Shown one piece after another: positions 1-13,071 of a DNA stretch of 64,000 nt. Made by a program: the position numbers and the translations under genes. A model generated the notes under the pieces. It did not search any database and had not been told where the DNA came from. It saw only the letters and a list, made by a program, of their open reading frames with translations. The number at the start of each line of letters is the position of its first letter. Positions within the stretch are counted from its first letter, which is position 1. Source of the stretch: the human T2T-CHM13v2.0 reference genome, Homo sapiens; the NCBI RefSeq assembly GCF_009914755.1, contig NC_060936.1. One strand, given 5' to 3'.

Positions 1-274
1 TATTATTAGTAATAAAAATCATCATTATCTTTTTGGTTATTCAATTTCCAACTTTCTGTTTTCATTTATAGATATTTTGTTATTTAAACAAATGTGGAAG
101 CCATGGCTAACAAGGAGAATTATGTGATGCTTTCCTTTCAGGAGTAGTTAATTTTGGCAGTCAGTTTAGCAGGAAGCAACATTCCCATTTCCAGCCCACG
201 ATTCAGAGAACCAAAAGGTTCTCTTTCAAATATGTGTAGTTTTGATTATAATTTCCAAAAATTTAGAGCCTCAT

Positions 275-1306
275 TGTGATACAAATAAAGTGAGCATATG
301 TCAAAGATTTACTTAATTCATTAATGAAGGAACAGCGACTTGGTAAGGCAGGTCCAAAGTGAATTGGAGAGAGCACAAGTAATTATGGCAGAAAAACAGG
401 ACGCTACAATTAGATTGCTAATATAGAATCAAAGCTGGTTAATGTCCTATAGGACATTAAAGCCACAATTTTGCTGATATCATTTGAATCTCCACCAAAT
501 AAAATTCATTTGCAAAGCTACGAGAGAGGAGTCATCATTACTATAGGACAAGTATTATTTGCATACTTTTTGCTTATCTACAAATTAACATCTTTACTTT
601 AGAGCTGTAAAATATATTAATAAGTAGTAAATGGGAAATTAAACAAAGGCACACTCACCTAGAGACATAAAGTGTCACTGCATGACCCTGACAGAATAAA
701 CAGTGATCCTCCTTGCCTATTTCTAAGTTTTAGATGTATTTTCCTAACGATTTTATATTTACAAGTTAAGGGATGAAGAGGTTCATGTGATTACAGATCT
801 ATTTTTAAATGCTACTGATAATTACGAATATGCAAAGTATTTGTAGCAAGTATGAATCTGCTGCATAGATTCTGAGGTTAAAAAATAAAAGTCATTTTCC
901 TTAAGCAAATTAACTCTGGAATAGTCTCTGTTCACCAGCTGGTTGTGAAATTTAATCGTTATCATTTTTGCCACCACTTATCTCCTATTACCCCTTGGGC
1001 ACGACGAGATGGTCCATTCAAAAACCCTTTCTTCAGTCTTTCCATACCATGTCCATAGTTTTTATCCAAAGTTTCTAATGTATAGCATCTAACATCTGGT
1101 TCACATTTAGTCATCACTGTCTGAGAGGTACTACATTTGGCTGGGGCTTAAATTCCCATTATTGGTGTAATTGGCAGCAATATGTATTCTTTCAGCCTCT
1201 GGAGAAATTCTTCCCTATAGAACCATTCCTCATAGGGCCACCATCTTTGACTCATTTTCCTCTTGCTTATCTGTGGCAATTGCAGCCCCTTTCTTGATAA
1301 GACACA
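275..1306 (-). mobile_element. Old ERV1-class solo LTR (LTR78/MER110-like)
   Basis: Minus strand runs TGTGTCTT...TATCACA (TG..CA ends). The 3' part (cattaatgaattaagtaaatctttgacat) resembles old ERV1 LTR ends as remembered. No clear TSD. Confidence 0.4.
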
Positions 1307-1432
1307 ACAAAACCCAAACCAAAACAAACAAACATTCCAAAATAAGACTTTTAGGATGTTTTCTTCATACCATATTGTTAATCTCAGGGTATGTGTGTGT
1401 TTGGACGATGTAGGAGGATTCGTAATAACACC

Positions 1433-2860
1433 AGGAGCAGGTATACTGAGAAGTGAAAGAAGGTTAAGCTTCAGAACTTCACTTTTCTGAGTCCCTTCCA
1501 AATCCCTGGAAAGACTTGAGAAATTTGTCCATGTGGCAGTCATATGTTTCTGCAAAATTTACAAAACTAAAGAAATTTAATCACATTTGGTTAAACTACT
1601 ATCCTTTCCTCTATGAACTTCTAGGTAGATTCTCTTCACATATGTGGGGGTGTGAAGGTTGCAGGGGTTGACAGAGGGACATTAGAGTAGATGATAGTAT
1701 TTTAGAAATTTGGTAAAGGAGTTAAGTTTGGTGGAATGGATATATTTATTGGCTTGCAGTACTGCCAGATATATTGCTAGCATGGTTACACAGGCTAGGG
1801 AGCGGGATAGTTGCGAAGCTAAAAGCTTTCTAAATTACTACTAATAAGAGTAAATTGTGACCAACTTCGCTAGATGACAATTGAATTACCATTTTCTTTC
1901 TGTAAATGATATTGTAGAGTCATTTTTATATAAAAAGGATCAAATAGTATACAAGAAAAGCGTAAAGGAACAAATAACATTATGGAGATGGGTTAGGTAG
2001 TAAATTATGCATTTTTTCAGGATTTTGTGATGTTTTTCAGTTTTTTTTGTTGTTGTTGTGAGTTCTGGAATACATGTGCAGAACGTACAGGTTTGTTACA
2101 TAGGTATACACGTGCCATGGTGGTTTGCTGCACTCATCAACCCGTCATGTACATTAGGTATTTCTCCTAATGCTATCCCTCCCCTAGCCCCCAACCCCCC
2201 AACAGGTCCCTGTATGTGATGTTCCTCTCCCTGTGCCCATGTGTTCTCATTGTTCACCTCCCACTTATAAGTGAGAACATACAGTGTTTGGTTTTCTGTT
2301 CCTGTGTTAGTTTGCTGAGAATGATGGTTTCCAGCTTCATCCATGTCCATGGGAAGGACATGAACTCATCCTTTTTCATAGCTGCATAGTATTCCATGGT
2401 GTATATGCGCCACATTTTCTTTATCCAGTCTAACATTGATGGGCATTTGGGTTGGTTCCAAGACTTTGCTATTGTGAACAGTGCTGCAATAAACATATGT
2501 GTGCATGTGTCTTTATAGTAGAATGATTTATAATCCTTTGGGTATATACCCAGTAATGGGATGGCTGGGTCAAATGGAATTTCTGGTTCTAGATCATTGA
2601 GGAGTCATTACACTGTCTTCCACAATGGTTGAACTAATTTACACTCCCACCAATGGCATAAAAACGTTCCTGTTTCTCCACATACTCTCCAGCATCTGTT
2701 GTTTCCTGACTTTTCAAAATTTGTAGTGTATTATGATTTGTTTTCTTAGTCTAAGTAAATGTTCATTTTCATACTTTATTTTGAATTCATAATTTTGTAT
2801 TATTTTTCTTAAACAGGACCCTCAAAATTAACTTTTAGGACTCACAAAACCTGAGACAAG
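1433..2860 (+). mobile_element. MER115/Zaphod-derived hAT-Tip100 DNA transposon, interrupted by an L1 at 2041-2711
   Basis: Both termini recognisable: ttaagcttcag...catatgtttctgcaaaatttacaaaa near 1465-1570, and aattttgtattatttttcttaaacaggaccctcaaaatt...cacaaaacctg near 2790-2855. Internal transposase-tail sequence at 1810-2040. Confidence 0.75.
2041..2711 (-). mobile_element. L1PA (L1PA7-like) 3' end: ORF2 C-terminus and 3'UTR, 5'-truncated
   Basis: ORF 2254..2496 ([28 protein letters not shown]) is the L1 ORF2 C-terminus; typical 3'UTR; T-rich tail at 2041. Confidence 0.95.
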
Positions 2861-4071
2861 CTTTTGGCTCTCTTTAGTGTGTAGTCTGATGGGTATTTTC
2901 ATATGCAGAAATTGCTTTTTGTTATTTTGAGTTTCTTATAGGACTGAAAAAAATACACATCATTTAAACAGACGATCCTGCTCCACATTATGTTTTATGT
3001 TGTTATTAACCTGCTGTTGATAGATATTCAGGCTACTTAACATGTAGTACAGTATTCTAGATATTAACAGTCATACCAAGGATTTTTAGATTTTCTTTTA
3101 TCTCTACAGAATAAAGAGTCTACCTGTAGTTTGTGTAGATAAATTCAAATGAATATGTGTACATATTCTTTTGCCTCAATCTGTCTTGAAAAAAGAATCC
3201 ATGGGCAACTGAGAAAAAAACATTTTAAACATACCCAGGTTGAGAATTAAAATGGTATTAAACAAGTCTTCAGAATTTCATTCCCCATGTCTACTGCTCC
3301 CCAAATGTAAAATATGTGTGACAAAAATATATCTTGGCCCATGACAGGAGCAATAGAAACTAACTATAATACATAGCTGATTTTAATTTATACATTATAG
3401 CTGATTAAATAGCTAGCTAATTTCAATAAAGTGCTAAAAGTACAATGTTAATGATATAACTCCCAAACTTGATTCTTAAAAGTTTTCTTTTAATTATTAA
3501 TGCTTTCTACCCAAATAATTCAAAATTATATTGATCCTATATATGGTAATAACCATCCTTCCTATTTAAGCTGGCTCATTATCTCCAAAATTCCATTTAG
3601 GACACGTATGAGGACTTAACAAAAGTATGACAACCCACAATTATAACAACATATGAAAGTAAGAGTGACAACAATCTAATTTCAGACAATTTGCACTAAT
3701 TATAAGGCCTACAAAGTGAAAAACTAGAATCATTTTGTGAGTTAAAACTGAAAAAAATTACCCTTGGAAAGTAAACAGACTCATTTGTCTGAGAGATGGC
3801 CAGGAAATGTTTTCTCACACATTTTCTTCCTGATTTGTGGATCCACGGATTGCATAATCAAGAAAATAGAGCAGTCTTCTCTACATCATATTGATTTCAA
3901 TTTATGAGGCAACAGGAATGTGTTCCCTAATCTTCCACACCCCACAAAAAATACACATGATCACATTGTACTTTTTTATTCCTATATTGCAAAATTTTAG
4001 TGCAAATAATGAATACCTCAGGACTAGGAGAAATAACAGCTTCACATTACATCTTAGCAGATGGTCCACAA

Positions 4072-4427
4072 GTGCAACCAACTAAATGTTTATGTCTCCC
4101 CATATTTCAAATGTTGACATTCTAACCCCCAATGTGATGGTGTTAGGCAATGGGGCCTTTGGGAGGTAATTAGGTCATGAAGTGGAGTCCTCATGAATGG
4201 GGTTAGTGCTCTTATAGAAAGAACTTCAGAGAGTTATCTCTTCCCCTTTACACCATGGGAGAATGCAACAAGAAGTTAGCAATCTGCAGCGGTAAAGAGG
4301 GCCCTCGCCATGCTGGCATCCTGGTCTTGGGCTTCTAGTCTACAGAAGTGTGAGAAATAAATTTCTTTTATTTGTAAGCTACCCAGTCAATGCTACATTG
4401 TTATACCAATTCCAGTTGACAAAGACA
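4072..4427 (+). mobile_element. MLT1A0 MaLR solo LTR
   Basis: cccccaatgtgatggtgttagg..ggggcctttgggaggtaattaggtcatga, and the end gtgagaaataaatttct...aagaca. Confidence 0.85.
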
Positions 4428-5119
4428 CCAAATAAGTAATATATTTAAGGAGAGGGAAAGAATGAACAGTACTGCATCTTGTAAAATATATTCTCCCTTG
4501 TATTTCATCATTTCAAAGTTTTATATAGAAATAATAGAGTGAGTGAAGATAATATTGCAACCCAATGAAGCTACAGGAAGTGAATGGCTATGAAACACTA
4601 AACATGGGGATAAGGGCTGGGACCTTTCTTCAGTTCTGCAGGGATCGACAGAAGAGTCAGGTTTTATTAATTCTGATTGTGGTGTTTCTAGGGATTTGTT
4701 TTTAAATTGAACATTCTGCCATTTCAGTTGTTTATACAGAAAATAAGGCTATGCAATAATTTTTCTTGTATGCACTGGCCATGCCATCTATGGGACTGTT
4801 CTATCTTTCATTTTGCTCCCTGTCTGCTTCGTTCTCAGCCTTCCCTCTGATACTATACGAGAGGACTAGTCCAGGGTTCAGGGCCAAGCACAAGCTACAT
4901 ATCCTAAATTTTGGGCAACATTGATACTGGGAGAACTCTTTGTTTCATCAAGCCTGAGTCTTAAAGAAAAGAAAGACTTATGGAGGGCCTCTAAAAAGCA
5001 TTTTCTCCTAAAAGAAAAATATAAAATAAAACAATCCTGAAGATGTAGAGGCCTACCTCCAAAAAGTATTTTGTACATAAAGAGAAGAAATTACTTAAGA
5101 AGTAAATTGGCAATGGTAT

Positions 5120-5520
5120 TGATTTGAGCAAAGCCTCGGCTGCTGTAACTATAAATCTCTGATGCACAATAATTAAAACGAAGGTTTCTTTCTGATGTGA
5201 CAGTACAGCCAATCTACAGCGGGAGTCAGCAGTCTACCACAGGGTTATTTAGGAACCCAGGTTTCTGCCATCTTGTTGTTCTGCCATTGTTATACTTGGT
5301 TCCATGGTTGAAGGCCATTGCCATGTTCACACTGCAGACTGCAGGAAGGTAGAAAAGATATGGCCCAAGGAACGTGAATTATGTATATTTTAGAAATTAC
5401 ATGGAAGTGGAAACTCCTACTTACTCTAATCTTTTTTGCTGGAATAAAATAACACGGTCACATCAAGTTACATTTTTGGGAAATGTAGTCTGTACCTGTG
5501 CAGCCATGAGCTAAGGGAGA
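5120..5520 (-). mobile_element. Old MaLR LTR (MLT1K/L-like)
   Basis: Degenerate motifs gctgctgtaac, aggaacccagg, tgggaaatgtagtc. Confidence 0.55.
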
Positions 5521-6284
5521 AAAGAATATATTTTTGTTTGTTTGTTTTGGAACAACCCAAAGGTTGTCCTTTCAGGATATAAGACAACAAACTACAGGGA
5601 CCAAACAGGTTGAGATAAAGTTCAAAATAATGTTCGAGCTGGTTTAAGTGAGAAGTTGGCACAGGTAAACCCAAAGAACACGATTAACACTGGAAAATTC
5701 AATCACTAAAACAAAAGATGCAATTTAGACAAGAGTAGAAGATAAACATGATGATAGATTAGATGATAGATATTGAAGGAGGATGGAGGCAAAATAATCC
5801 AGGATCAACGTAAAAAGTATGTATGTTCTCAAACGGAAAAAAAAAACAAAAATAATAAAAATATGTATTTTAAAAAATACTTTTCTAAGCTTGAAAATAG
5901 AATGGAAATACAGCTTATAACATATGAGTAAAATTAACAAGAAGAGAGACAAAGTTAGGCGAAACAATAATAAAGAAATATGTAAGCATTATGAAAAATA
6001 CTAAATTATAAAAGTGGTCACTGACAATGGAAAATATCTGGTTGATATCTGCAACACTGAATCCCAGAAGATGTAAAAGGAATTTAGATAGTTAATGTTT
6101 GTAATCTAGCTTTTTCTGTTGTAAGACAAGTCACAATTCACAGAGATGAAGGTTTATAATATATATATATAATAATACATATTATATATACATATACTTC
6201 CTAAAAAAAAACCCTTGAAATAAACCAAGAGTGATACAAAATAAAGAACACATGCATGCGTTAAGACTTTATTCAGTTTTCTTT

Positions 6285-6567
6285 CTTTCTTTTTTTTTTT
6301 TTTTGAGACGGAGTCTCACTCTGTTGCCCAGGCTGAAGTGCTCACTGCAAGTTCCGCCTCCCGAGTTCACGCCATTCTCCTCTCTCAGCCTCCCGAGTAG
6401 CTGGGACTACAGGTGCGCACCACCATGCCCGGCTAATGTTTTGTATTTTTAGTAGAGACGGGGTTTCACTGTGTTAGCCAGGATAGTCGCGATCTCCTGA
6501 ACTCATGATCTGCCCCCTTGGCCTCCCAAAGTGCTGGGAATACAGGCATGAGCCACCGCACCCAGCC
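6285..6567 (-). mobile_element. AluY with ~17-bp internal deletion
   Basis: Y-type diagnostics (cacgccattctcc, gttagccagga). TSD CAGTTTTCTTT at 6274-6284 and 6568-6578. Confidence 0.95.
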
Positions 6568-6667
6568 CAGTTTTCTTTATAAAATTCCCTAATCATAAAC
6601 TTTTTTTATTTGCTTAGTTTCCATATATTATTAACTTTTGCATATACAGTTGACTTTATTAATCTAT

Positions 6668-7218
6668 TACTATTGGTTTTTGCTGCTGCAGTAAAACATT
6701 ACTACAAACTTAGCAGCTTAAAACATATACATTTATTATTTTAGTGCATTTTTGGGTCAAGTGTCCCAGCATAGCTTTGCTGGGTCTTCTGCTGGAGGTT
6801 TTCATAAAGCTACAATGAAAGAGGCAAATGGGACTCTTGTCTAATCTGAAGCTTGACTGGTGAAGGATTTGCTTCCAACATCAGGTTGTTCTTGGCACTG
6901 CTCAGTTTCTTATGGGCTGTTAGAGGATTGGGTTCCTTGACTGGAGGATACCCTTGCTTGGTTCCCTGCCACATGGGCCTTCCAGTATGCTCACATGCTT
7001 TCTTATATCCAGCAAGGGAGAGTGTCTCCTCATAAAATGAGTTGAAGTTATATGTCATGTCATCACAGAAGTGACATCCCATGACGTTTGCCTAAATTTG
7101 TTGGTTAGTATGAAGTTACAGACTCTGCCCACACTCAAAATAGGGAAATTACACAAGATATAAATATTAAAAAGTGGGAATCCTTGGGGGCCACTTTAGA
7201 TTCAGCCTGTTTACTACC
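6668..7218 (-). mobile_element. MLT1F-type MaLR LTR
   Basis: acaaacttagcagcttaaaaca; cagaagtgacatcccatga; gcccacactcaa; ttgggggccacttta. Confidence 0.8.
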
Positions 7219-8161
7219 CAGAATAGAATTAATCATATAGACAAATGTATTATATAATCCTTTAGATCCTTTTTTTTTTTTTCCAGGAGACCTCTCTCCT
7301 GGAACTTCTTTTCCCTTAACCCCATGTTGGTTTCTTTCTTTCCCATATTCTATGTTCTTTGTTTTTTTTTTCCATTTTTATTTATCCCCTTTTTGTTAAG
7401 TACATTCTCTGAATAGCTGAGAAATTCAATTTTTGTGATTTTTCAGAAATAATCATGTTCTTATTTCTTTCTTACATTTGACTGATTATTTAGGGATACA
7501 TAGAATATAAATTTAAAGTACTTCCCCTCACGTGATTGATAGTATTGTTTTGTTATGTTTTAATTTGCAGTGTTATTTTCCAGTGTTAGAGAATATACAC
7601 GTAAACAAGAATTTCTGTACATTATAGTAATGTTAGTCTTTCTGGACAGTGTTCTATCAATTTATATTAAAAGTTTTTAACAAGTTTATATCCTTTGTCC
7701 TTTTCAGGATTTTTTTCCTAAGGAAATAATTAAACATTTAGTTTCACAGTAATATTCATCTTTGTCTTCTAATAGTCAAAATTTAAAAATAGTTGTAATT
7801 CTGAGTTAGGGAAGATTTGTTTAACAGCTAATCAAGTGATTAAATGCATGACCACATACATAAGCATTCACCAATTCTTATATTTTTCAAAGAATATTAT
7901 TCATTGCAAAAATAGGAATCAATAATTTATATACACAAATCTATATTATGTGTAAATATTTATAGAAAAACATAAGGAAATTTTGAAGGGGCCTGCAGTG
8001 ATTAGTTATCACTGGTTAGCCACTTATGCATAGACTTTACTTTTTTTTTATTTCATAAAATTTTCAAATCCTACTGAAGGAGAACAATCATAAGGAAAAA
8101 TTTAAATTGAGTCCCCAGTGAGAGATAATTAAATTAAATGTTATACTTTCCTAAGTCTAGG

Positions 8162-8393
8162 TTGGTGTTTTTCTGCCAAGGAGCAATTCTGCCCTCACAC
8201 CACCACCTCCAGAGGACACTTGGCAATGTCTGGAGGCATTTTTTACCATTTTAAGTGAAGGGTTGCTAGTAGTATCTAGCAAGGCCAAGGATGTTGCTAG
8301 ATCTTCTGAAATGCACAGAATGACCCTCTGCTCCACAGGAAAAAAAAATTATCTCTTTCAAGATGTCAATAATGCCTAGGTCAAAAAACCTGC
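8162..8393 (+). mobile_element. MER20 (hAT-Charlie MITE)
   Basis: ggacacttggcaatgtctggag...ggccaaggatgttgcta...atgtcaataatgcc. NTCTAGRN-type 8-bp flanks on both sides. Confidence 0.85.
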
Positions 8394-9525
8394 TCTAGGG
8401 GTATGTAGGGGTACATATGAAAGAAGATCTGATCCAGTAGATCTCTGTGATTTGCATTCCTAAACATGAAAGAAGCTTACATTTTAATTATCCCTTCAAT
8501 GAGGACACAGTTCCATCTTTGCACTGACACCTCCACCATTTAGATAGCATCAGGGTGACAGGAGGAGCCACAGCTATACATTTTCCATTCACCTATGCAC
8601 CACGTATCAGACAAAAGACAAATTTCCCATTGACAGAGTAAGCGGCTTGACTCTTGGGCAGTTTAGAAAAGAGGAAAGCCTCAAATGGAGAACACTGAAC
8701 ATTCTACAAATTTTGAGAGTAGAAATTTCCAAGCAATTGATTGAAAAAGTAAAATAAATGAAACCATTGACTTCTATTTAATAATTTGTACATGCTACAC
8801 TCAAATATATTGTTATAATGTGAAACTAAGCATTATTAAAAATATATGTTCCTAATATTAAGTAATATTATTGAATGTTAACTAAATAATGCCTTTTAAA
8901 TAAAAAAACAACCTAAATGCATCTGTCTAGTAAAGTTCCTAGCAGACAGTAAGTGCTCATTAAATATTTGTCAACTGAGGAAAGAAAGACAGCAAGAAAG
9001 CAGGAGAGTGCAAGAAAAAATATGACCAAATATGTGGAAGTTGAGCTAGGAAGTAGTCAGGCTAAAAATACAGAAATCAACTCCACAGTGAGAGTCAGAT
9101 TGAAATCCAAGGTCAGCTTGAAACTAAATATGCCTTTTTTTTCTGAGCTGTTCTTTACCTGCTTCATTTATCAAAACTTTAGATCTTACTTTGATATTGC
9201 CATTTTGTCTCCTACTCCAGCATGTGTATTTCTTACTCTGGTATATTAACCCCATGCTGGTTCTAGCCTTGTTGATTTATTTTAGTATCTAAAAATCTGA
9301 GTTCATGGGACTTATCTTTACGTATAACTCAACACATCATTAGCAATTTTAGTAATAAAACTAAAACTTCTCCATATAATGATTCAAAAAATCCAGGCTT
9401 AATACAATATTTTTTAGTTAAAAGATAATTATTTAGATTGATTTTTTGAAAAATAACAGCAGAGCTAACAGAGATATTCATGAAAACAAGTATGTAATGT
9501 CATTATTTTAAGACCTAATCTGCTA

Positions 9526-10288
9526 AAGCTCATCATCACTGGGCATCAGAGAAATGCAAATCAAAACCACTGTGAGATACCACCTCACACCAGTTAGAAC
9601 AGCAATCATTAAAAAGTCAGGAAACAACAGGTGCTGGAGAGGATGTGGAGAAATAGGAACACTTTTACACTGTTGGTGGGACTGTAAACTAGTTCAACCA
9701 TTGTGGAAGACAGTGTGGCGATTCCTCAAGGATCTAGAACTAGAAATACCATTTGACTCAGCCATCCCATTATCGGGTATATACCCAAAGGATTATAAAT
9801 CATGCTGCTATAAAGACACATGCACACGTATGTTTATTGCAGCACTGTTCACAATAGCAGAGACTTGGAACCAACCCAAATGTCCATCAATGATAGACTG
9901 GATTAGGAAAATGTGGCACATATACACCATGGAATACTATGCAGCCATAAGAAGGGATGAGTTCATGTCCTTTTTAGGGACATGGATGAAGCTGGAAACC
10001 ATCATTCTTAGCAAACTATCGCAAGGACAGAAAACCAAACACCGCATGTTCTCACTCATAGTTGGGAACTGAACAATGAGAACACTTGGACACAGGGTGG
10101 GGAACATCATACAGTGGGGCCTGTCATGGGGTGGTGGGAAGGCGGAGGGATAGCATTAGGAGATATACCTAATGTATATGATGAGTTAATGGGTGCAGCA
10201 CACCAACATGGCACATGTATACACATGTAACAAACCTGCATTTGTGCACATGTACCCTAGAACTTAAGGTATATATATATATATATAG
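9526..10288 (+). mobile_element. L1PA (L1PA5-like) 3' end, 5'-truncated, with a (TA)n tail
   Basis: ORF 9554..10072 is the L1 ORF2 C-terminus with the Cys-rich motif CWRGC...HCWWDC, followed by the L1PA 3'UTR. Confidence 0.95.
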
Positions 10289-10757
10289 ATGTTGTTTAAA
10301 ACAATTATTGTTACGCAAGTGCTACTCAGTAAATGAGTCAGCTAAACCAGTAAGGTGACTCAAAAAGTTGAGTCTTTAGGGTGGAAAAGCAAATTTTATT
10401 GCCGATTGCTCGGAATTTAATGTTGACTATGAAATTTTAAAACACCTAATTTTAAAAAGTTCAAGGTCTCAACTATAAACGAGACATTTGTAATTATTGT
10501 AATAGAATATGTGAATATTCACTTTATTTTTAACATAATCATTGAGAAAATGCAGAAACAGATAAAAATAGATTATGAACATAAGATATCATTTTACAAC
10601 TTTGCAATATTATCATACGTTTTCATATCATGTTTTAGATCATACATTTTATATCAATTTTATATTGTGTTTTATATCATAGATATGTTTTATATCAATT
10701 ATATTTTATATCATGTTATACATAGATAAGTAGCTATAGAGATAGACATAGAGATAG

Positions 10758-11151
10758 TATATTAGTCCATTCTCACACCATTATAAAGAAATACCTGAGA
10801 GTGGGTAATTTATAAAGAAAAGAGATTTAATTGGATCATGGTTCAGCAAGCTGTACAGAAAGCATGGCAAGGGAGGCCTCGGGAAACCTGCAATCATGGT
10901 AGAAGGCGAAGAGGAAGCAGGCACATCTTCACATGGCCAGAAAAAGAGGAAGAGAGAGAAGGGGGGAAGGTGCTCCACACTTTAAAACATCCAGATCTCC
11001 TGAGAACTCTATCAGGAGAACAGCACTCAGGGGATGGTGCTTAAACCATTAGAAACCACCCCCTTGATCCAATTGCTTCCTACCAGGCCTCACATCCAGC
11101 ATTAGGGATTACATTTAGATTTGGATGAGGACACAGATCCAAACCACATCA
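10758..11151 (-). mobile_element. MSTA MaLR solo LTR, full length
   Basis: tattagtccattctcac...gacacagatccaaaccacatca. 5-bp TSD GATAG at 10753-10757 and 11152-11156. Confidence 0.9.
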
Positions 11152-11751
11152 GATAGATACACTGCATCTAAAATAATAGGCGTTCTACACTTAGCCTTTC
11201 TAAAAACATTTTTCATATGTTTTTAACAATGAATATATAGAAAGCACGAAACCGTAAAATGAAATTTGCGAGTCCCTTTTACCATGTTTGTTTTGCCATA
11301 TTTGTGCCACTTCCCTAGAGAAGGATCCTTAATGAGCTCCTTGCCTCTCAGGACCTCCTTTGAGCCAACTTGGGCTTCCATGGCCGACTCTCACTTTAGT
11401 TATTTCCTGACTCACTCTCCACACTGAATCATGCCTATTGTATGATGCACTCTATCACAGCCTTTGATCCCTGTTTAATGATAGCTAGCAAGTGGAAAAC
11501 AAAAGCAAGCAATGATTGCATACTTGTGTCTTTTCAACATTTTTTTTTTAGTAACTGCCAGTTTAATCTTTACCAGGTCACATGCAATTGTATCAATACA
11601 CAGTAATGATCTCTCAGCACACTAATTTTATTTACATTCTCCACATGGCATTGATCATTTTCCATCTATTTTACTGTTGGTAGTTCCTAACCTCATATCC
11701 TGTATTGGCAATGATATCTTTAAGGTTTTTCATCTAATGATTATTGTGGGG

Positions 11752-12057
11752 TTTTTTTATTGTTTGTTTTCGAGACAGAGTCTCCCTCTGTCGCCCAGGC
11801 TGGAGTGCCAGTGGTGCCATCTTGGCTCACTGCAACCTTCGCCTCCTGGGTTCAAGTGATTTTTCTGCCTCAGCCTTTCAAGTGCCTGGGATTACAAGTG
11901 CACCCCAGCATGCCAGGCTAATTTTTATATTTTCTTTAGTAGAGACAGGGTTTCACCATATTGACCAGGCTGGTGTCAAACTCCTGACCTCAAGTGTTTC
12001 ACCCATCTCGTCCTCCCAAAGTGCTAGGATTACAAGTGTGAGCCACCGCTCCCGGCC
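11752..12057 (-). mobile_element. AluS (Sx/Sz-like)
   Basis: Full dimer. TSD-like atgattattgt / ataattattgt. Confidence 0.93.
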
Positions 12058-12077
12058 ATAATTATTGTTTTGGGGCC

Positions 12078-12883
12078 TTTTTTTTTTTTTTTTTTTTTTG
12101 AGACCTAGTCTGGCTCTGTCGTCCAGGCTGGAATGCAGCAGCACGATCTTGGCTCACTGCAACCTCTGCCTCCTGGGTTCAAGCGGTTTTCCTGCCAGCC
12201 TACGGGGTAGCTGGGATTACAGGCGCCAGTTTCCCCATGTTGGCTAGGCTGGTCTTGAACTCCTTGTCACTAGTAGAGGATGGCGACTGCAAGTTGTCCA
12301 AGTTCTTGGCATTTTGAACAAAGAATTGGATAGAACACCCAGCAAAGCAAACAAAGTATGAAGCAACAAAAGAATGAAAGTAGGGATTTGTTGAAAAGGA
12401 AAGTACACTCCACAGTGTGAGAGCAGACGCGAGCAGTAGCTCAAGGGCCTGGATACAGTGTCTTCTTGGGTCCAAATACCCTCTAGAAGTTTCCCATTGG
12501 CTACTTCATGCTCACCTCATGTAACGGAAGTAGTAGCCCTCAATCAGTCTGATTGGTTGCAGACAGCAGCCATTCAGAGGCTAGAGTGAAGTTACAAAGT
12601 TGCAAACCAAAACTCACTGGCACTCAGTATGATTTGTTGCAGACAGCCAATCTCCCATCTGCCATGCAGAAAGCGTCAAAGGGAGTAGCCTCTGGTCCTT
12701 GTATTACTTAGAGTGGAAAGTTAGGATTTTCCTTTCAATTTAGTTCTAGAATGTCGGCATGAAACAGCCTTAGGTTTCCTGCCTCCAGACCCTATTCACC
12801 TGCCTGGTCCTGACCTCCAGTGATCTGCCTGCCTCGGCTTCCCAAAGTGCTAGGATTACAGGCATGAGCCACCACACCCGGCC
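12078..12883 (-). mobile_element. AluS interrupted by MER51B, linker region deleted
   Basis: Alu sequence at 12078-12264 resumes at 12808-12883. Outer TSD atctaatgattatt at 11732-11745 and 12886-12899. Confidence 0.9.
12265..12807 (-). mobile_element. MER51B-like ERV1 solo LTR
   Basis: Ends ...cctgcctccagaccctattcacctgcct. 4-bp TSD TCCT at 12261-12264 and 12808-12811. Confidence 0.85.
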
Positions 12884-13071
12884 AGATCTAATGATTATTT
12901 TTAATTTCGGTCCAATGGTCATTTCTTTCTCCCTTCAATGATATTCTATATTTATACTCCGGATTAGTGCTCTGGGAACGCTAATCCTATGAAGCCCCAA
13001 AGTGTAGACTGTGGAATGATACAGTAGTATTAAGATGAAAGGGAATGAACTGGTAAGATTTTTAATCTCAC

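Noticed and set aside
1148-1555. 135-aa ORF
   Set aside because: Crosses the MER115 terminus, a simple repeat and a probable LTR; no recognisable domain.
9554-10072. 172-aa ORF
   Set aside because: C-terminal fragment of L1 ORF2 in a 5'-truncated copy with no promoter; not a gene.
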